Notes: a model not told the origin generated them from the letters alone. 64,000 nt of DNA from Oculina patagonica (GCF_052425735.1 NC_135761.1:3038001-3102000); one strand, 5' to 3'; counted from the first letter of the stretch, positions 36,436 to 49,777 are shown. Numbers and translations: made by a program.

Positions 36436-39400
36436 TAATAATAACGACTTTATTACAGTATATCCATTTGACATGGCTCTTCATCTGTAATACGCTAACT
36501 GCAAAAAAAATAATAAATAAATTAAAAAGTTAAATATTAAACAATAAAAAATAAATCTACATTATTTCTCTTTTAACTTGACTTAATAATATTTAAAAGT
36601 GTCCTTTGAAAATTTTTGTGTTTTTGCAATTCCGTAAGGTGATGGGCAATTTATTAAAGGTTGACGCTACTTGGTCTTGGAAAGTGTTTGATGTCAGCGG
36701 ATTTCTAGCGATATTCCTGCACTTGATCGCAGTGTTCTTTCATGTTTAAACCTTTTCACGTCCAGGTACTTAGGCCAATTTGGGTCGTGTAATGCTTTGT
36801 GCGTGATCTTCAGAGTATGCTGATGTTGATGTAAATTAATTTTATTAATAATAGACAAATGATATTTAATTCTTTATTAACAATTTCTGTGTTACATTAT
36901 TTTTCAGTATATTCGTCAACTGGCTCAAGCCTTGAAGTACTGTCATTCAAAGAAAGTGATTCACAGAGACATTAAACCAGAAAACTTGCTCCTTGGACTC
37001 AAGGTTTGAGAATACTATCTGACTCTCGTTAATTAGTATTTGGTAAGGGAGTGTACATGTAACACAAGATCAGTATGGGTCAGACTAATCTTAACAAGCT
37101 AGTTTCCATGTAAATTGTTTTCTACATACTGTTTGCACAGGACAGGCAGAAAATAAAATCCTTTGGTTGAATCTCAGGAGTTTCTTGAGCCAGGGATGAA
37201 CTGATCTGCGAAGATACATGTATAGAGATCGAGGTCTGTTTATTCATGCCATGAAATCCAGGAGGCTGAATATTTTTTCAAGGATAGTCAGTGATTGCAG
37301 TGCAATTGTTCAGATGGCCTCAAAAAGGTTTAAGAGCAACTGGTCTATCATCACCTCTCATTTTATTATAATTTAGTATTGATTTTTTTGTTTACATTTA
37401 CAGGGGGATTTAAAAATTGCAGATTTTGGATGGTCAGTTCATGCACCTTCATCAAGGTAAAGTAATATTCCATTTGTGTAGGGTTATAAATTGTGAATAG
37501 TAATTTCCTTTGTTCAGTGTTGAAGCCTTGGAAGAGTGGTCTTGACCTAATGATTAGGGCTCGACAAAAAGTTGAATTCTAGTTTCCTTTTGACAAGCAG
37601 CTTTCAAATTTTGCTTGCCTCGGGCGTTAGCATGCTTGTCTTAGTTCAGCCCTTGCCTTTCAGGCAGGTAAGAATGGAAAAACATTATTTACTTCCCTGG
37701 TTTTACATTCAAGTTGTCCCACGGAACATTCCGCATTCGGATGACCAGAAGGCACTTTTTCCAAGTCCTGATGATTAGTGCATTAGCTTACTCTGCAGCA
37801 TCGGTTCCAGAGAATCTTACAATAATGCCTTTTGAATTTCAGACGAACAACACTCTGTGGAACATTGGATTACCTTCCACCTGAGATGATTGAAGGAAAA
37901 GCACATGATGAAAAGGTGCTGACAGTACTTTACATTTTTGCACTCTTTTAATGTTTCAGTAGAAGCTTCAGCTTGCCCCATGCAACTTCAAAATGACTCT
38001 GAGTTTTTGTTTTTTAGTGAAATTTGCCGGTGATAAGCGAAACTTCAGCTGCTGAATAGCCTGTAGCCGGCTCTTAGCTACTTCCCTGAAGTTTTAATTG
38101 TATTAAAGTCAACTCTGTTCTCATTCAAGGGATTGCATGAACCAGTTGCAGGGCTTATTTGTGTTCAGGTGCTAAGTGTAAGACGCCATCTAGTTAACAT
38201 AGTGTGATAGTGGGGCAAAGAAAATGGATTTTCCAGATTGATGTTTGGGAAAGTTAGAGCCATTGCATGCTAGCCTGAAGGCCTTTCCAATAGCCCCCTT
38301 CTTCTTCTACAAAAATATCCAAATTTTTTTTGCCAAGGATTAGCCCAACAGGAAATCCACTAGCCCTGTGCTGGTGAAAGCTGAATTATAATGATAATCA
38401 CTCTGTATCGTCTGTAGAAAATACTCAAATACCATTTCTCACTATTTCTATTTTATTTCTATTTATTATAGGTTGACCTATGGAGTCTGGGAGTGTTGTG
38501 TTATGAATTTCTTGTTGGAAAGCCACCATTTGAAGCCGATGGCCACCATGAAACATACCGTAGAATTTCAAGAGTAAGAAAAAAAATTGATAATTAAATA
38601 TTAAATAATAATTAATAAAATTGATATAAAAAGGCTCTAGAATATATATTGGAGATGCACAAAAAGAACAGAACCAAGAGAAATGGTGGGAAGAAGAAAG
38701 AAAGAGTTGCTGGCCAACTGTTCTTTATAAATATGCCTGTTTATCAAGTTAAACTTGTTGAAAATCATATGGCAACTCACTATATCTGCATCAATCAAGT
38801 AGCGCAATAACTGATTAAGGCCTATGAAACTCAAGTAGCATGTGTTTCTTATTGTACACTTGCACTATAATGTGCATGCATCTTCTTCCTCAGGTTGACC
38901 TCAAGTTTCCAAGTTATGTGTCTGAAGGGGCAAGAGACCTGATTGCAAAGGTAAGGCCACAAATTATTTATTTTTAATTAAATAATGAAATAAAGATAGT
39001 CTGTTGCAGGCTTTTAGATGTGGTAAAATGGCTGAAATAAAAACATGTCTGAATGAAAAAAAAAATACTTTGGGAAAGACTACATCGCGTATACATGTGT
39101 ATTTTATTGATTACGTAATTATTATACCGACACCTGGTTAAAGCTTATGTGGGTTACTACTGCTTCAGGCACACCGTTCTTGTCCCCAGGGCCACTTGTC
39201 CCTCCTAGCCGGCAGAGCCTGTGCACGAGAAACAAGTGGCTCTGGGGACACATGATTTGATTACCTGGATTTAACAAAGGGAGTTTCAAATCTAGCCAAT
39301 CAAACCAACCATTTTAAACTCTCGTATGACAAAGTGATTTTAAAATGGTTCATTTGTCCATGATTGGCTGTTTCCTTTGTTAAAATCCAGCCAATCCCAG

Positions 39401-39913
39401 AGCCACTTGTTTCATGTACAAAGGCTTTGCCAAGAGGAACAAGTGGCTCTGGGGACACATGATTTGATTACCTGGATTTAACAAAGGGAGTTTCAAATCT
39501 AGCCAATCAAATCAACCATTTTAAACTCTCGTATGACAAAGTGATTTTAAAATGGTTCATTTGTCCATGATTGGCTGTTTCCTTTGTTAAAATCCAGCCA
39601 ATCCCAGAGCCACTTGTTTCTTGTACAAAGGCTTTGCCAAGAGGAACAAGTGGCTCTGGGGACAAGAATGCAGGCATAGTTGTGAAATATCTCATTTCTT
39701 TGCACCTGCCCCAGTTTACTTGCAAAATATTGATTGTAAACCCTATCTGCTTTAATTATTCCACAGCTCCTTGTTCATGATCCCAGCAAAAGACTCCCAC
39801 TCAATGGTGTGCTTGCGCATCCTTGGATTAGGAACAATGCCCACACCCTTGAAACACTGCAGCAGTTACCAACAGACAGTTTATCTACATGTACAGCGAC
39901 CAAGCACAGTTAA
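29391..39913 (+). CDS. AURKA: Aurora kinase (A-type); exons 29391-29393, 29779-30152, 30265-30314, 31641-31702, 35590-35669, 36119-36257, 36908-37003, 37404-37456, 37843-37915, 38472-38573, 38894-38950, 39767-39913 (~411 aa)
   Basis: [46 protein letters not shown] (A-type Gly), [37 protein letters not shown]. All phases are consistent; the ATG-only first exon is less certain. Confidence 0.93.
30403..31152. mobile_element. Palindromic/foldback element in an Aurora intron
   Basis: Arms ~30415-30720 and ~30755-31105 are reverse complements, which produces the mirror ORFs 30599- and 30675+. Confidence 0.7.
32293..35517. mobile_element. 3.2-kb DNA transposon derivative with 10-bp TSD in Aurora intron 4
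   Basis: TIR ctgcctcgtccccaggcg / cgcctggggacgaggcag; exact TSD gtatgcattc at 32283-32292 and 35518-35527. Confidence 0.85.
36380..36832 (-). mobile_element. 3' fragment of an L2/CR1-group LINE with (TTA)n tail
   Basis: The minus strand translates approximately [17 protein letters not shown]...RTLRSS...[20 protein letters not shown] (ORF2 C-terminus-like), followed by AATAAA and a (TTA)n tail. Confidence 0.65.
39175..39670. mobile_element. MITE (CxTTCTTGTCCCCAG TIR) with an internal ~200-bp tandem duplication
   Basis: TIR cgttcttgtccccag/ctggggacaagaatg; imperfect 9-bp flanking repeat caggcacac/caggcatag; same family as 61317-61627. Confidence 0.75.
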
Positions 39914-41688
39914 ATAGATTGTATAAATTGTTGCAAATAGCAGAATAGGACCAACTAATACTTGTTTAAATAGTGGCAGAAAATGCTGGATTTCCACTTC
40001 TATTGAATCAAGGGCACCCGATGTTGAATGACATATCCATTACAGTAAGAGAAAAGTTTAATAAAGTGTGAGTGTCTCTGTAAACAAGTTCAACCAAGGA
40101 AAATTAAGAATTTTATGTGCCCTGATAAAATGTAAACAAATTGCCATCAGAAAAAAAAAAACTTTACACCAGTGAGAAAAATCAGTGTCATTCCATCATC
40201 AATATGTACATGTACCATAAGCCAAGTCTTAGCGAAATAAGGATGTTAAGAGTAAGTGAGATTTATGAGAAATTTCCTTCCTCTGATAGGTATGTTCAAA
40301 AACAGCACATCGAAAATAGACTGTTTATTGCATTTTGTGTACTTATATTCTGGCAATTTCAAACATTCCAGCTAATGTAATTTTGTATAGTAACTTTTTG
40401 GTATCCAATGTTTCATGGCAGTCAGACAGGAGGGGGGGGGTGGGAGGGGAAGGGAGGGGGGGGGATAGTAATCATGAAAGGAAACTAGAGTAACTTCAGT
40501 AGGATATCTTGTAAAATATCTTTTACTTTTGCTGTAAATTGCTCAGTTACAGTGAAAAAGTGTAATTATGTCTATTGACCAAGCTTTACAAGATTAACAG
40601 AACTAGCTAGAGCGTTTATTTTTTGACAAGCAGCCGCAACAATTTTTTGGCAATTCTTTCACATTTGATAACCCGTTTAAATTTGTTAAAAACTATTACT
40701 GCCATAAATATTGTGTGTAACTGTAATAAAGGATTATCAAAAATCTACACATGGAAGTGTTGCCTCTTTACAAAATGACTTATTTTCACATACTGTACAA
40801 GTATGAACTGATAGATATTTTTTCCGGGTTATAAATCTCTCTATCTTTTTATTGTTTTTTTTTTTTTTTCCCTTTTAAAATATATCTTTTCCCATTAATT
40901 TTTTTCTCCCCCCCCGGGGGGGGTCTTTTCCCCGGGCCCCCTTTTTGTCAGACACATACATGAGCATATAGCATTGCAGCTTTTCCTAACAATCTGCTAG
41001 TACCCTTTTATACTTCTGGCCCAGTTATTCAAAGGATGGGAAATGGTAGCCCTTCAATAATTCACTTGCCAGCACACTTAGGCCAAGTAAAAAAATGTTT
41101 CTTGTCCAGATTGCTATAAAAAGGAAGCAGGCAGGTGCTTTTTTGTTACTTCTGACTTATTTATTATTTCCAGTTGAATGCTTTCTTTACAAAGGTAATG
41201 GTTCATGGTTTCCCTTTTTCATCCTGAGAAGGCCTCTTTTGTGCTGCTTTGACTACTAACAATTTGGAAGCTTTTATTTCTAATCTGGTGTAAACAATGA
41301 CCATTTACCCACAAAAAAAGAAACGCTACTTACAAAAAATATGGGTGTTTGTTAGTCATAACTTTTACAATAAATAAATGCAAATTTCATGAAAAACGAT
41401 ACATCACATTTAGAATGTGGATGTCTTTATTTATTAGCCCTGAATCCTAATGCCATTTGATGTTTAGGGTTTTTTCTGTCAAAGTCACGTGACATAAAAA
41501 AAAATGTGAAAACCTTGAAGGACTCTTCAATGGAACAAATTTGTGCGAAAAAAACTTCTGTGTGAGCTCTGGTTTCCAAAATATGAAGATTAACTTCCTA
41601 AGAACCCCCAATTTTTACAACTTTACTTATTTAGCTACATGTGTTCTAATTATATATCAAAATGAGGTAATCCAGTCAAAGTCATTCT

Positions 41689-43077
41689 CTACTGCTTCAA
41701 TGGTTCTTTTAGGACTCCAATTTTACGCAGCTTTCCGACTATCAGTGGAGTGCAGGTGATGGTCATTAACATTCTCAATGGAGCGAAAACTTTGTGACAA
41801 GCATATGCCACCACAAATGTGCTTGCCTCTGTTGCTACACTAGAATCAGTAACGGTTGAACTGACACCAATTTTCTGCAGAGCAGCTTGGACATCAATTC
41901 CACTAAATCAAGAAAAAAATGAGAAAACAAAACAGATGAATGGAATGAGGTTCCATTATACTCATTTATTTCATTGCATAAACTATGATGTAATGTAACA
42001 CCTGCTCCATGGCTGATAAAAAGCAGAGTGCACCTTTAAACATTTGAACCTGTCAATTATTTGGGGCCAAGTGTTATTAAACAAAGTTATTTTCATCATT
42101 TTTGACAACTTATTATAACTTTATGTTTTTTCATTTACTAAATCAAACACAAAATCCAAATAAAATATCTAGAAAACAAGATTAAAGTCACTAACTTAGT
42201 CTTCAGTGAATAAACAAATCAATACATAGACAATCAGACAGTTTATTTGGCTTTAGCTTTAAGTGGATGTCTTTTTTGTCAATCATGAGTGTTTATATAT
42301 TCCTTTCATAAAGAAAAAGGTTTACATGATCTGGGGGGGAGTCCTTACCCATTAAAATACCATTTTGAAAGGAAAAGCACCCCTTTCATATACCTTTTTC
42401 TGAGAAAAGGTACCCCTTTCATACACCAAAAAGACATGACATATACCTAAAACAGGAAGTCTAAATTCCATTTTTACATAGCAGTTAATAAGTTTAGACA
42501 CAGCCATAAGTAGCGTCTGTTCAAAGTATTTTGATTGAAGGTTCTTTTTATAAATACCTAAATGACCGATAACCACTGTTTCATATACCTAAACTTGTGC
42601 AATCCCTACCCTTCTATTTACCTGAAGCATGAAAATGGTACCCCTTTTGGGTAGAGCCTTCCCATATAGGCCATTATAGGTAGTAAACGCCCCCTCCCCC
42701 CCCCCCACGCAGTGATCAACTAACCTTTTGACAGCAGTGTAACATATCCCAAGGGACGTGAGAGAAATGGAGATATGAAACAATATTGCTGTTGTTCCAT
42801 ATTCTGCAACCACGAACTTCAATCTGTCCTTAAGTGCCAGGTTCTTTGCATCTTTCTCGTGAGTCTTGGCTGTATTTTCTTGGTTAGGTTTATCTGCGTT
42901 TCTTATGGCTGATGTGTGCAGTAGTCTTGCATTACGTAACAGAAGTCCTCTGTTTGCAGGGGTTTGGAGGTCAGCTGGTGAAAGATAACGGAATAACGGC
43001 GTAGCGAAGGCCCTTGTCTGATTAACCACGCAACGAACGTTCCTCATAGTAAGACGGAGAGGGGATCCCGACATCAT
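41689..43077 (-). CDS. FAM210B: FAM210B-like mitochondrial DUF1279 protein; exons 43077-42725 and 41902-41689 (188 aa)
   Basis: Arg-rich N-terminal presequence; LKFVVAEYGTTAILFHISISLTSLGICYTAVKSGIDV...ASTFVVAYACHKVFAPLRMLMTITCTPLIV matches the FAM210B pattern. Confidence 0.9.
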
Positions 43078-43230
43078 TTCTCAGTGAATTGTAAATATTA
43101 GACTGAAAATAAATGTGTTAAATATTTGGACCCACACAATTTCTACCAGGCGTCCCAAATCGTGGCATGCAAGCGAGGTTCATTTCGTTCCCAGATCTCC
43201 CCAGGTAACGCTTGGGCATTTCGGTTGAAT
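43078..43230. promoter_or_regulatory. Putative bidirectional promoter FAM210B/DUSP19
   Basis: 153 bp between the divergent ATGs. Confidence 0.6.
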
Positions 43231-45624
43231 ATGAGTTTCCTGCGTGAAGTGGAAGGATTTATGACGGGCAAACTAAAATCTGTTCGTACTCAGGTAACTA
43301 CAGCAGGAGGAAGAAAGGTAAAAGATAAGTTACATTACAATTTGCACCCGTGGTCGACCCCTGGAATCCTGGAACTACCAGATTTTCCTAGCTGGGGAGT
43401 TGGGGAATTTCAAGACTCAGGCTAGGTAAAGCCCCCCGTTCTATATTTCCCCTTACTGCTTACAGTCAATCTTCCTTCATCCCCAATTACATGCTACCTC
43501 ATTCTATTGAATTTTTTGCCCTGACCTTTTAAACTTTCAACAAAATCTTGAAAAAATAAAGAATAAAAACTTTGAAGAAGAAAGTTTTTCATCCCCCCCC
43601 TTCCTGGAAAATAATGGTCCATCCCTAATAATAATACACTCTATTGACCACTCCCCGAATGGGGCTTTTCAGGACAAACCCTGAAACAAATATTGTAAAT
43701 CAACATAGAGTGCTTTTCACCTGGAATGTTTTTCATTTGAAATGAATAACATTGAGAGTTTTGAGCATAATATCTCTGTCCAGTCACAAAGGGCACAGAT
43801 AATCAAGTGAACAAATGAAAACTTAAAGCAAAACATGTAGCCAGCTCAAAGCATGGGAAAAAATTGTGATTGAGTTACCTTAAATAAGGTTTTAAAATCA
43901 ATCACTGTAAAGCCCTCTTAAAGGCATATCTAAAACTTTTTGATTTATGTAACAGTTGCCTTAAGTTTATAGAACACAAGAGCGACGATGGAAATCTCCT
44001 TGCTGTAGATACTGGAGAAAGATGCTTGGGATTCTGTGAGGACACTGATCCTGACGACAAGGTTTATAAAGTGCAGGAGAAGTTATTCATCAGCTCACAA
44101 GATGGAGCTCAAAATATGCAAGAACTTAGAACAAATAATGTAACTCATATATTGAATGTGGGAAGCGGAATAGAGAATGCATTTCCTGAGGTAATTTAAA
44201 AACGATGTCTTATATGGTTTTCAATTCAGGTTGCATCCTGACTCCTGAGTGTGTACAGACAAGTTAGGGAGAGTGAGGTATACTGCTCGTACCCTCCTCT
44301 CCCGAGGAGGTTTTTTTCTAAAAAAGCTTGCTTCTCTGAATTGCTACCAGTTTCCTGCATTCTGAGAGCAATGAGAGATTCTGAATTTCACAGATGAAAA
44401 GGTGGGGATGAAACAGAGCTGCTCGCAAATCCACGTAGTATGTTTTTCTTCCTGCCTCAGGAAATCCCAATGGTATAGCAGCCCCAGGGGGGTACTCGGG
44501 ATTTCAAATGACGGGGATGATCGAATGGGGGCAAAAATCAAGACCCAAAAAAATCCCTGAGGCTTCCAAAATAACCCCAAAAATCCCTGGATCAAAAATT
44601 GACCCCTCAAAAATCAACAGCAAGACATGTATGTTTGTAATTTATTTGCGGAACTATGCTGCCAAGGCACTACCACGATTCTTCAGATTATTCTTAATAC
44701 CCCAAAACATCCCTACTTAAATCACAAAAATGCTTGCAAATTTTCCTACCCCAAAAAATCCCGGAATACCAAAAAAATCCTTTGATCATCCCCGTCACTT
44801 GAAATCCCGAGTACCCCCCCCCCCCTGGGATAGCAGTCCAACTACAATCCACAAGTCATACAACATAAACTTGCATGACAGTAATATTATTGCAGTTCTA
44901 GTAATTTTCTGAATGTCGCTTCCTTTGCAGAAGTTTGAGTACAAGACTATTGAGATACTAGATTTGCCAGAAATCCAGATATGCCATAACTTTCAAGAGA
45001 TATTTGATTTCATAACAGATGGCTTTAAACATGGCTCTGTTCTGGTTCATTGGTAAGATGGCCTTTCAGATATGATTGCTTAATTGTAAAGCATTTTTGT
45101 TTGGAATAAAATGAAGAATGACTTTTTTACCTTGCAAAAATTAACTCAGAAATAGTTACGAGTCTCAATTTCCTATATAAAGCACTTTAAATTGAAAATC
45201 AAGTTTTAAGCTTGCTGCAAACTGTAATTTTGTGACAGTTACCCACAGTTCTGTGAAAGATCATTAAAACGATGACATGTCCCCCACACCCTCCCCTCTT
45301 ACCCCCACTCTCCTACCTAACTCTCTTTATGACCATTTCTCCTTTACTTTGGCCTCAGACATTTTAATAAGCTAGACTGGTATATAGAAAATATTCTACA
45401 CAGCTGTACCAAGCACATATTTATATGATATTTGTTGCTGATTTCTTTCTAGCAATGCTGGCGTTTCTCGTTCTGCAGCAGTTGTACTGGGCTACCTGAT
45501 GTCCTCAAATAGACTGTCACTGGAGAAAGCCATGAAAATTCTCCGAGAGGCGAGACCATGTGTGAAGCCAAATGAAGGATTTCTACGCCAGCTGCAAGAT
45601 TACCAAAAAGAGCTTGGGCTATAA
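43231..45624 (+). CDS. DUSP19: Atypical dual-specificity phosphatase 19-like; exons 43231-43317, 43966-44190, 44931-45052, 45453-45624
   Basis: DUSP19-type N-terminus MSFLREVEGFMTGKLKSVRTQVTTAGGRK; SQD, THILNV and LDLPE motifs; catalytic VHCNAGVSRS; RPCVKPNEGF. Confidence 0.88.
44481..44829. mobile_element. CCC..GGG-terminated MITE (related copy at ~27045-27345)
   Basis: cccaggggggtactcgggatttcaa...ttgaaatcccgagtacccccc...ctggg; flanks atagcagc/atagcagt. Confidence 0.7.
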
Positions 45625-46204
45625 TAATATTTCCAGGGGCTAAATCATGCAATTTTAGAGAATTCAGCGCCATCTGGCCACTGAATTGACTGAAATATCA
45701 CAACGGCTTAAAATCGTAGAAGTCAAGAACTCAAAAGAAACAAAGAAAAGCCAAGGGGGCACAGATGGACAAATTTGGAGAAGATTGAAACGGATTGCAT
45801 TTGGGGGTAAACTTGAAAAAACGTGAGCCGGACATTTTTAAGGTTATCTCAGTTTGTACGATAATTGCATTTGCAATGCTCTCAAATCGTTTTCGTTTCT
45901 TTTGTGGCGGTGATTTTGCCGTTCCCTAGAGCGGTTTGACCATTTGAACAACACGTATAATATAATTCTCTCTGTACAATTGTGACAAAAGAATAAATTG
46001 TAAAATAATGCAGCATGGTGTAACATATTATTTACAAAATGAATGTTATGCTCTATATTAGTGTGGTGATAGATTCTTGCTTCTTCACATTCCAATGCAT
46101 ATCAGAATGTTATACTTGGACGTTCAGTCTTTAATTATTGACGTTTACTCAGCGAATACTGCCACGTCTTATTAGCGTCCTAATAAGGATTTAAACGATA
46201 CGAT

Positions 46205-46607
46205 AAGGATCAAAACGCCTATAAACAGCAAGAAAAATAATGCTTTTAAACGGAAGAAAAACGCCTTTAAGCGGTATGAAAAACGCCTATAAACGGCAGG
46301 AAAAACGCGTTTAAACGGTAGGAAAAACGCTTATAAACGGCAGGAAAAACGCAATAAAAAAGAAAAGAAAAATGCCTATAAACGGCAGGAAACCGCGTTT
46401 AAACGGTATTAAAACGCTTATAAACGGCATGAAAAACGCGTTTAAACGGTATTAAAACGCTTATAAACGACAGGAAAACGCATTTAAACGGTAGGAAAAA
46501 CGCGTTTAAACAGTAGGAAAAGGCTTATAAACGGTAGGAAAAAGGCGTTTAAACGGTAGGAAAACGCGTTTAAACGGTATTAAAACGCTTAAACGGCAGG
46601 GAAAACG
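46205..46607. repeat. Minisatellite, ~20-22-bp unit (aaaacgcgtttaaacggtagg)
   Basis: Roughly 18 degenerate copies immediately upstream of the GPCR. Confidence 0.85.
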
Positions 46608-46745
46608 ATCTGCCTTGTGTCGTCTAAACTGTCGCGATACAGCAGCCTTGCAAAGAAATGAGCCAGGCCTGGAGACTAGTGTTGCGTGACGATCAAATTT
46701 CCAGCAATCAAAGGAAGTAGTTCTTTCCCACGTGCGAATTCCAGG

Positions 46746-47699
46746 ATGCTCGCTCTAAATGTCTCCTCGTCAAACTGCCCTTCTGAGTACTCCTTGGCAG
46801 ATCATGTGGTGGTGGCTAAAACTCTTGTGGGAATCAACATATGTGCAAGTATTCTTGGCACTCTAGGTAACTTGTTGGTGTGTATAGCCGTGTTTACCAC
46901 TCAAGGCATGACATCAAGCTTCCATTTCTTCATCTCAAGTCTGGCTGCCGCAGACCTGTCTATTGCTCTTGTAGATCAGCCTCTTTTTATTGCCCTGATT
47001 ATCGCACGTATAAACTCCCAATGTCTCCCGAGCGTGGATTTAGGCTTTCGTATAGTTGGTAACTTCGCTTGTGCAGTCTCCTTATTGACCTTGGCATTGA
47101 TCGCGCTTGATCGGTGTTTGTTCGTCTCGCCCAAGTTCGACTACAAGAATACAATGACAGCGAGAAAGAAAATCGTTTTAGCTGTGGTTTGGGTGTTAGC
47201 TTGTGCGTACTCTGCTATTAGACTCACGGTCGACAAAGAGATAACATCCTACCTCACCGCCGCCGTGTTCGGGATTTGTTATGTCGAAATGATTGCTTGT
47301 TACACAGTTGTTTACTATCAAGTCTTCAAACAGCGCGAACGACTAGCGGCTTCACGGCAACGAAACACTGAGTCAACTGAGCAAGTTCACTCACTCGAGA
47401 CCCAGGCTGAGAACAATACTACAGAGAGACGTTTTGCTCGCACTATTGTGATGGTTCTAGTTGTTTTTACAGCTGGATGGTTTCTGCTTTTTTATCTGCG
47501 ATTGACACAGCCGGAGAAGAATTACGGAATCATGTACAACTTGGCTCGCACAGTGGCGCTTTCAGCGTCTGCAGTGAACCCCGCTCTTTACTGCTTCAAC
47601 AATAAAGAATACCGACGAGCATTCAAGAGGATTTTATTAAGGTTCTTTTTTGGCCGTCCAAAGAAAACGCGCCGGGAAAAATATGAAAGAATCAAGTGA
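46746..47699 (+). CDS. Single-exon class A GPCR
   Basis: ATG at 46746; GNLLVCIAV, LAAAD, ALDRC, VFTAGW, NPALY; 7 TM segments. Confidence 0.88.
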   Translation: MLALNVSSSNCPSEYSLADHVVVAKTLVGINICASILGTLGNLLVCIAVFTTQGMTSSFHFFISSLAAADLSIALVDQPLFIALIIARINSQCLPSVDLGFRIVGNFACAVSLLTLALIALDRCLFVSPKFDYKNTMTARKKIVLAVVWVLACAYSAIRLTVDKEITSYLTAAVFGICYVEMIACYTVVYYQVFKQRERLAASRQRNTESTEQVHSLETQAENNTTERRFARTIVMVLVVFTAGWFLLFYLRLTQPEKNYGIMYNLARTVALSASAVNPALYCFNNKEYRRAFKRILLRFFFGRPKKTRREKYERIK

Positions 47700-48530
47700 T
47701 ACAGGAAGTGAAATGCAACTCCGGAAGTGAAAGTGAAACTCTGGAGAATGACGTAACTATAACATTGGTGGCGTTTGCGTGTTGTGAGATTGCGTGACGT
47801 TGGACAGTGGGTAAACTGTACTGACAAACCAGCAGAAAAGACCCTCTATCGTCGCTTGGCACTTATTATTGGCTTCCCGAGGGTAAGGGGATTTCAAATT
47901 GATGTAAGAGAGACCCTGGGAACGCCAATTTAAGCAACTGGGGAAAAGAGCCCTGAAATCAATGGGATTCGAACCCGTGACCTCTGCGATACCGTTGCGA
48001 TGCTCTACCAACCGATCACGAGCTATGAGGTCACAGAGCATCACATTGGTATCGCTGGGTGAAGTGTTCTAATCCCGTTGAAGCCTGTTGTTGGGTAACG
48101 CCAACACCCAACTGACCCATGCAGACAAGTCAACATGACTGTATTAGCCAGTAGATTATATCATAAAACTGTAATCAAAACACAATATTTTAACAGTCTG
48201 TTTAAGCTGATGCCATTTTCTATCGAAGGCATATGAATACCTGTATGGGATACCTGTTCTGTCAAAAATGATATATCAAAGGGTAAGGATTTGGGAGTCC
48301 GTATAAAAGATTTTGGAGTAGCCCCCTCCCCTCCCCATGGGGAGTATTTGTAACTCCAATCATGTGGTCTAAGAAGCATGATTTTCACTGGTGAACCTTT
48401 TGAAAACCTAGCTTGGAGCGATTATAGAGTATCGTGATATACTTTACCTCTTTTGTTGCTTACGTTATACATTCGCCGTGGCAATAACCTATGGCTCAAA
48501 ATTGCTGTCATGGAAACTAATAAACCAGAT

Positions 48531-49777
48531 TCGGGGGTGGAAGAGGAATTAACGGAACTGACTTATTCGTTATTCCTTCACATTTTTCACGACTTATTCA
48601 TTATTCATTTTCAGACTTTTCTTGTTAGCGGAGCTCCACAGCGGCCCGAAGGGCCGCAGAGCGGAGCCCCATACCCATAGAAAATTCACAGAAATAGAAA
48701 AACCATGAACTTGAGTTTTCATGGTCATCATGGCTAGCGGCATGGCTCGCGGGCGCGTACGTCGTACGACGTACGGTGTTGCGCACTTCAGAAATAGATA
48801 AACCCTCATCTATTTGTTACTGGGCATCCAAGTTATGGTCAATTGACAGCTGTCAATACAAGGTATCCGCTGACCAGTATCACGTGATCATATCGCGAGC
48901 TCAGGTGTATAACTCATCGAGGTAACGCGTTTTTATAAAGTTGACCGCTGACCGAAAAATGGTTTTTCTATTGGATTGCGGGCTCATTAACTATTTTTTA
49001 TGCCTACGGTCAGTGAATTCAGATATTTTAATAAAGGGCAAAGTAAATTACCGGGGAGCTCCGCTTTTAGGCTTGGCTAAATCTATTTAATATTCATTAT
49101 TCCCTATTGCCTAAATTAAGTGACCGTTCATTTTGTATGGGATCGGGGTGGAATTTGATCGACAGTGCCTAAAAAATGCATTTGTCCTCCTTCGTCATCA
49201 GATATTTTTACCCTGCCTCTTTATTTGCTGCTTTTGTCTAGACCTACCCCCTCCCCCAAACAATGACGATGTATCAAGCTAAATTTCGAATATCAGACAA
49301 AATTGCAGTTGAAATTAGGTGATAACAAAGCTACTGTAGTGTATTGATGGGACGTGATTGTCACTGTGTCGATAACTGTGGGTCAGCTTATTATAATTGT
49401 TTGAAACCAGATAGTTAGTGGGATGGACTTGATGGTGCTTGATACATAACAGAGTAGGGGGTCCGGGGGCATGTTCCCCCTGGAAAATTTTCATTTTTGA
49501 ACCCCAAAAACGCTATTTTAGGCATTCTGGTAGAAGTTTTGCACAAATTTTAGATGTCCATCATACAACACTTAAAGGTAATTATTTTGAGTGTCCCACC
49601 CTCTCGTTGGCCTGAAGATAAGAAGATAATGTTTGAGCACGGCGAATAACCACTATTCATTATTCCTTTACTGGAAATGACTTATTCATTATTCCAAGCA
49701 TTGCGCCTTAAATATTCCTTATTCATTTTCGGTTTTAGCCCGTTATTCATTATTCATTATTCCTCTTCCACCCCCGA
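48531..49777. mobile_element. TIR element with 7-8-bp TSD that carries a nested element
   Basis: tcgggggtggaagaggaat...attcctcttccacccccga, flanked by (a)accagat direct repeats. Confidence 0.75.
48616..49090 (+). mobile_element. HINE/DINE-1-like non-autonomous Helentron derivative
   Basis: Subterminal inverted repeats agcggagctcc / ggagctccgct, 3' hairpin ttaggcttggctaa, T-rich insertion site. Confidence 0.5.

Noticed and set aside
46205-46607. CRISPR-like array
   Set aside because: Degenerate tandem units without unique spacers, eukaryotic context, and no cas genes.
47920-48085. tRNA gene (also ~18000-18060)
   Set aside because: Only a B-box/T-arm fragment of a degenerate tRNA-derived repeat.
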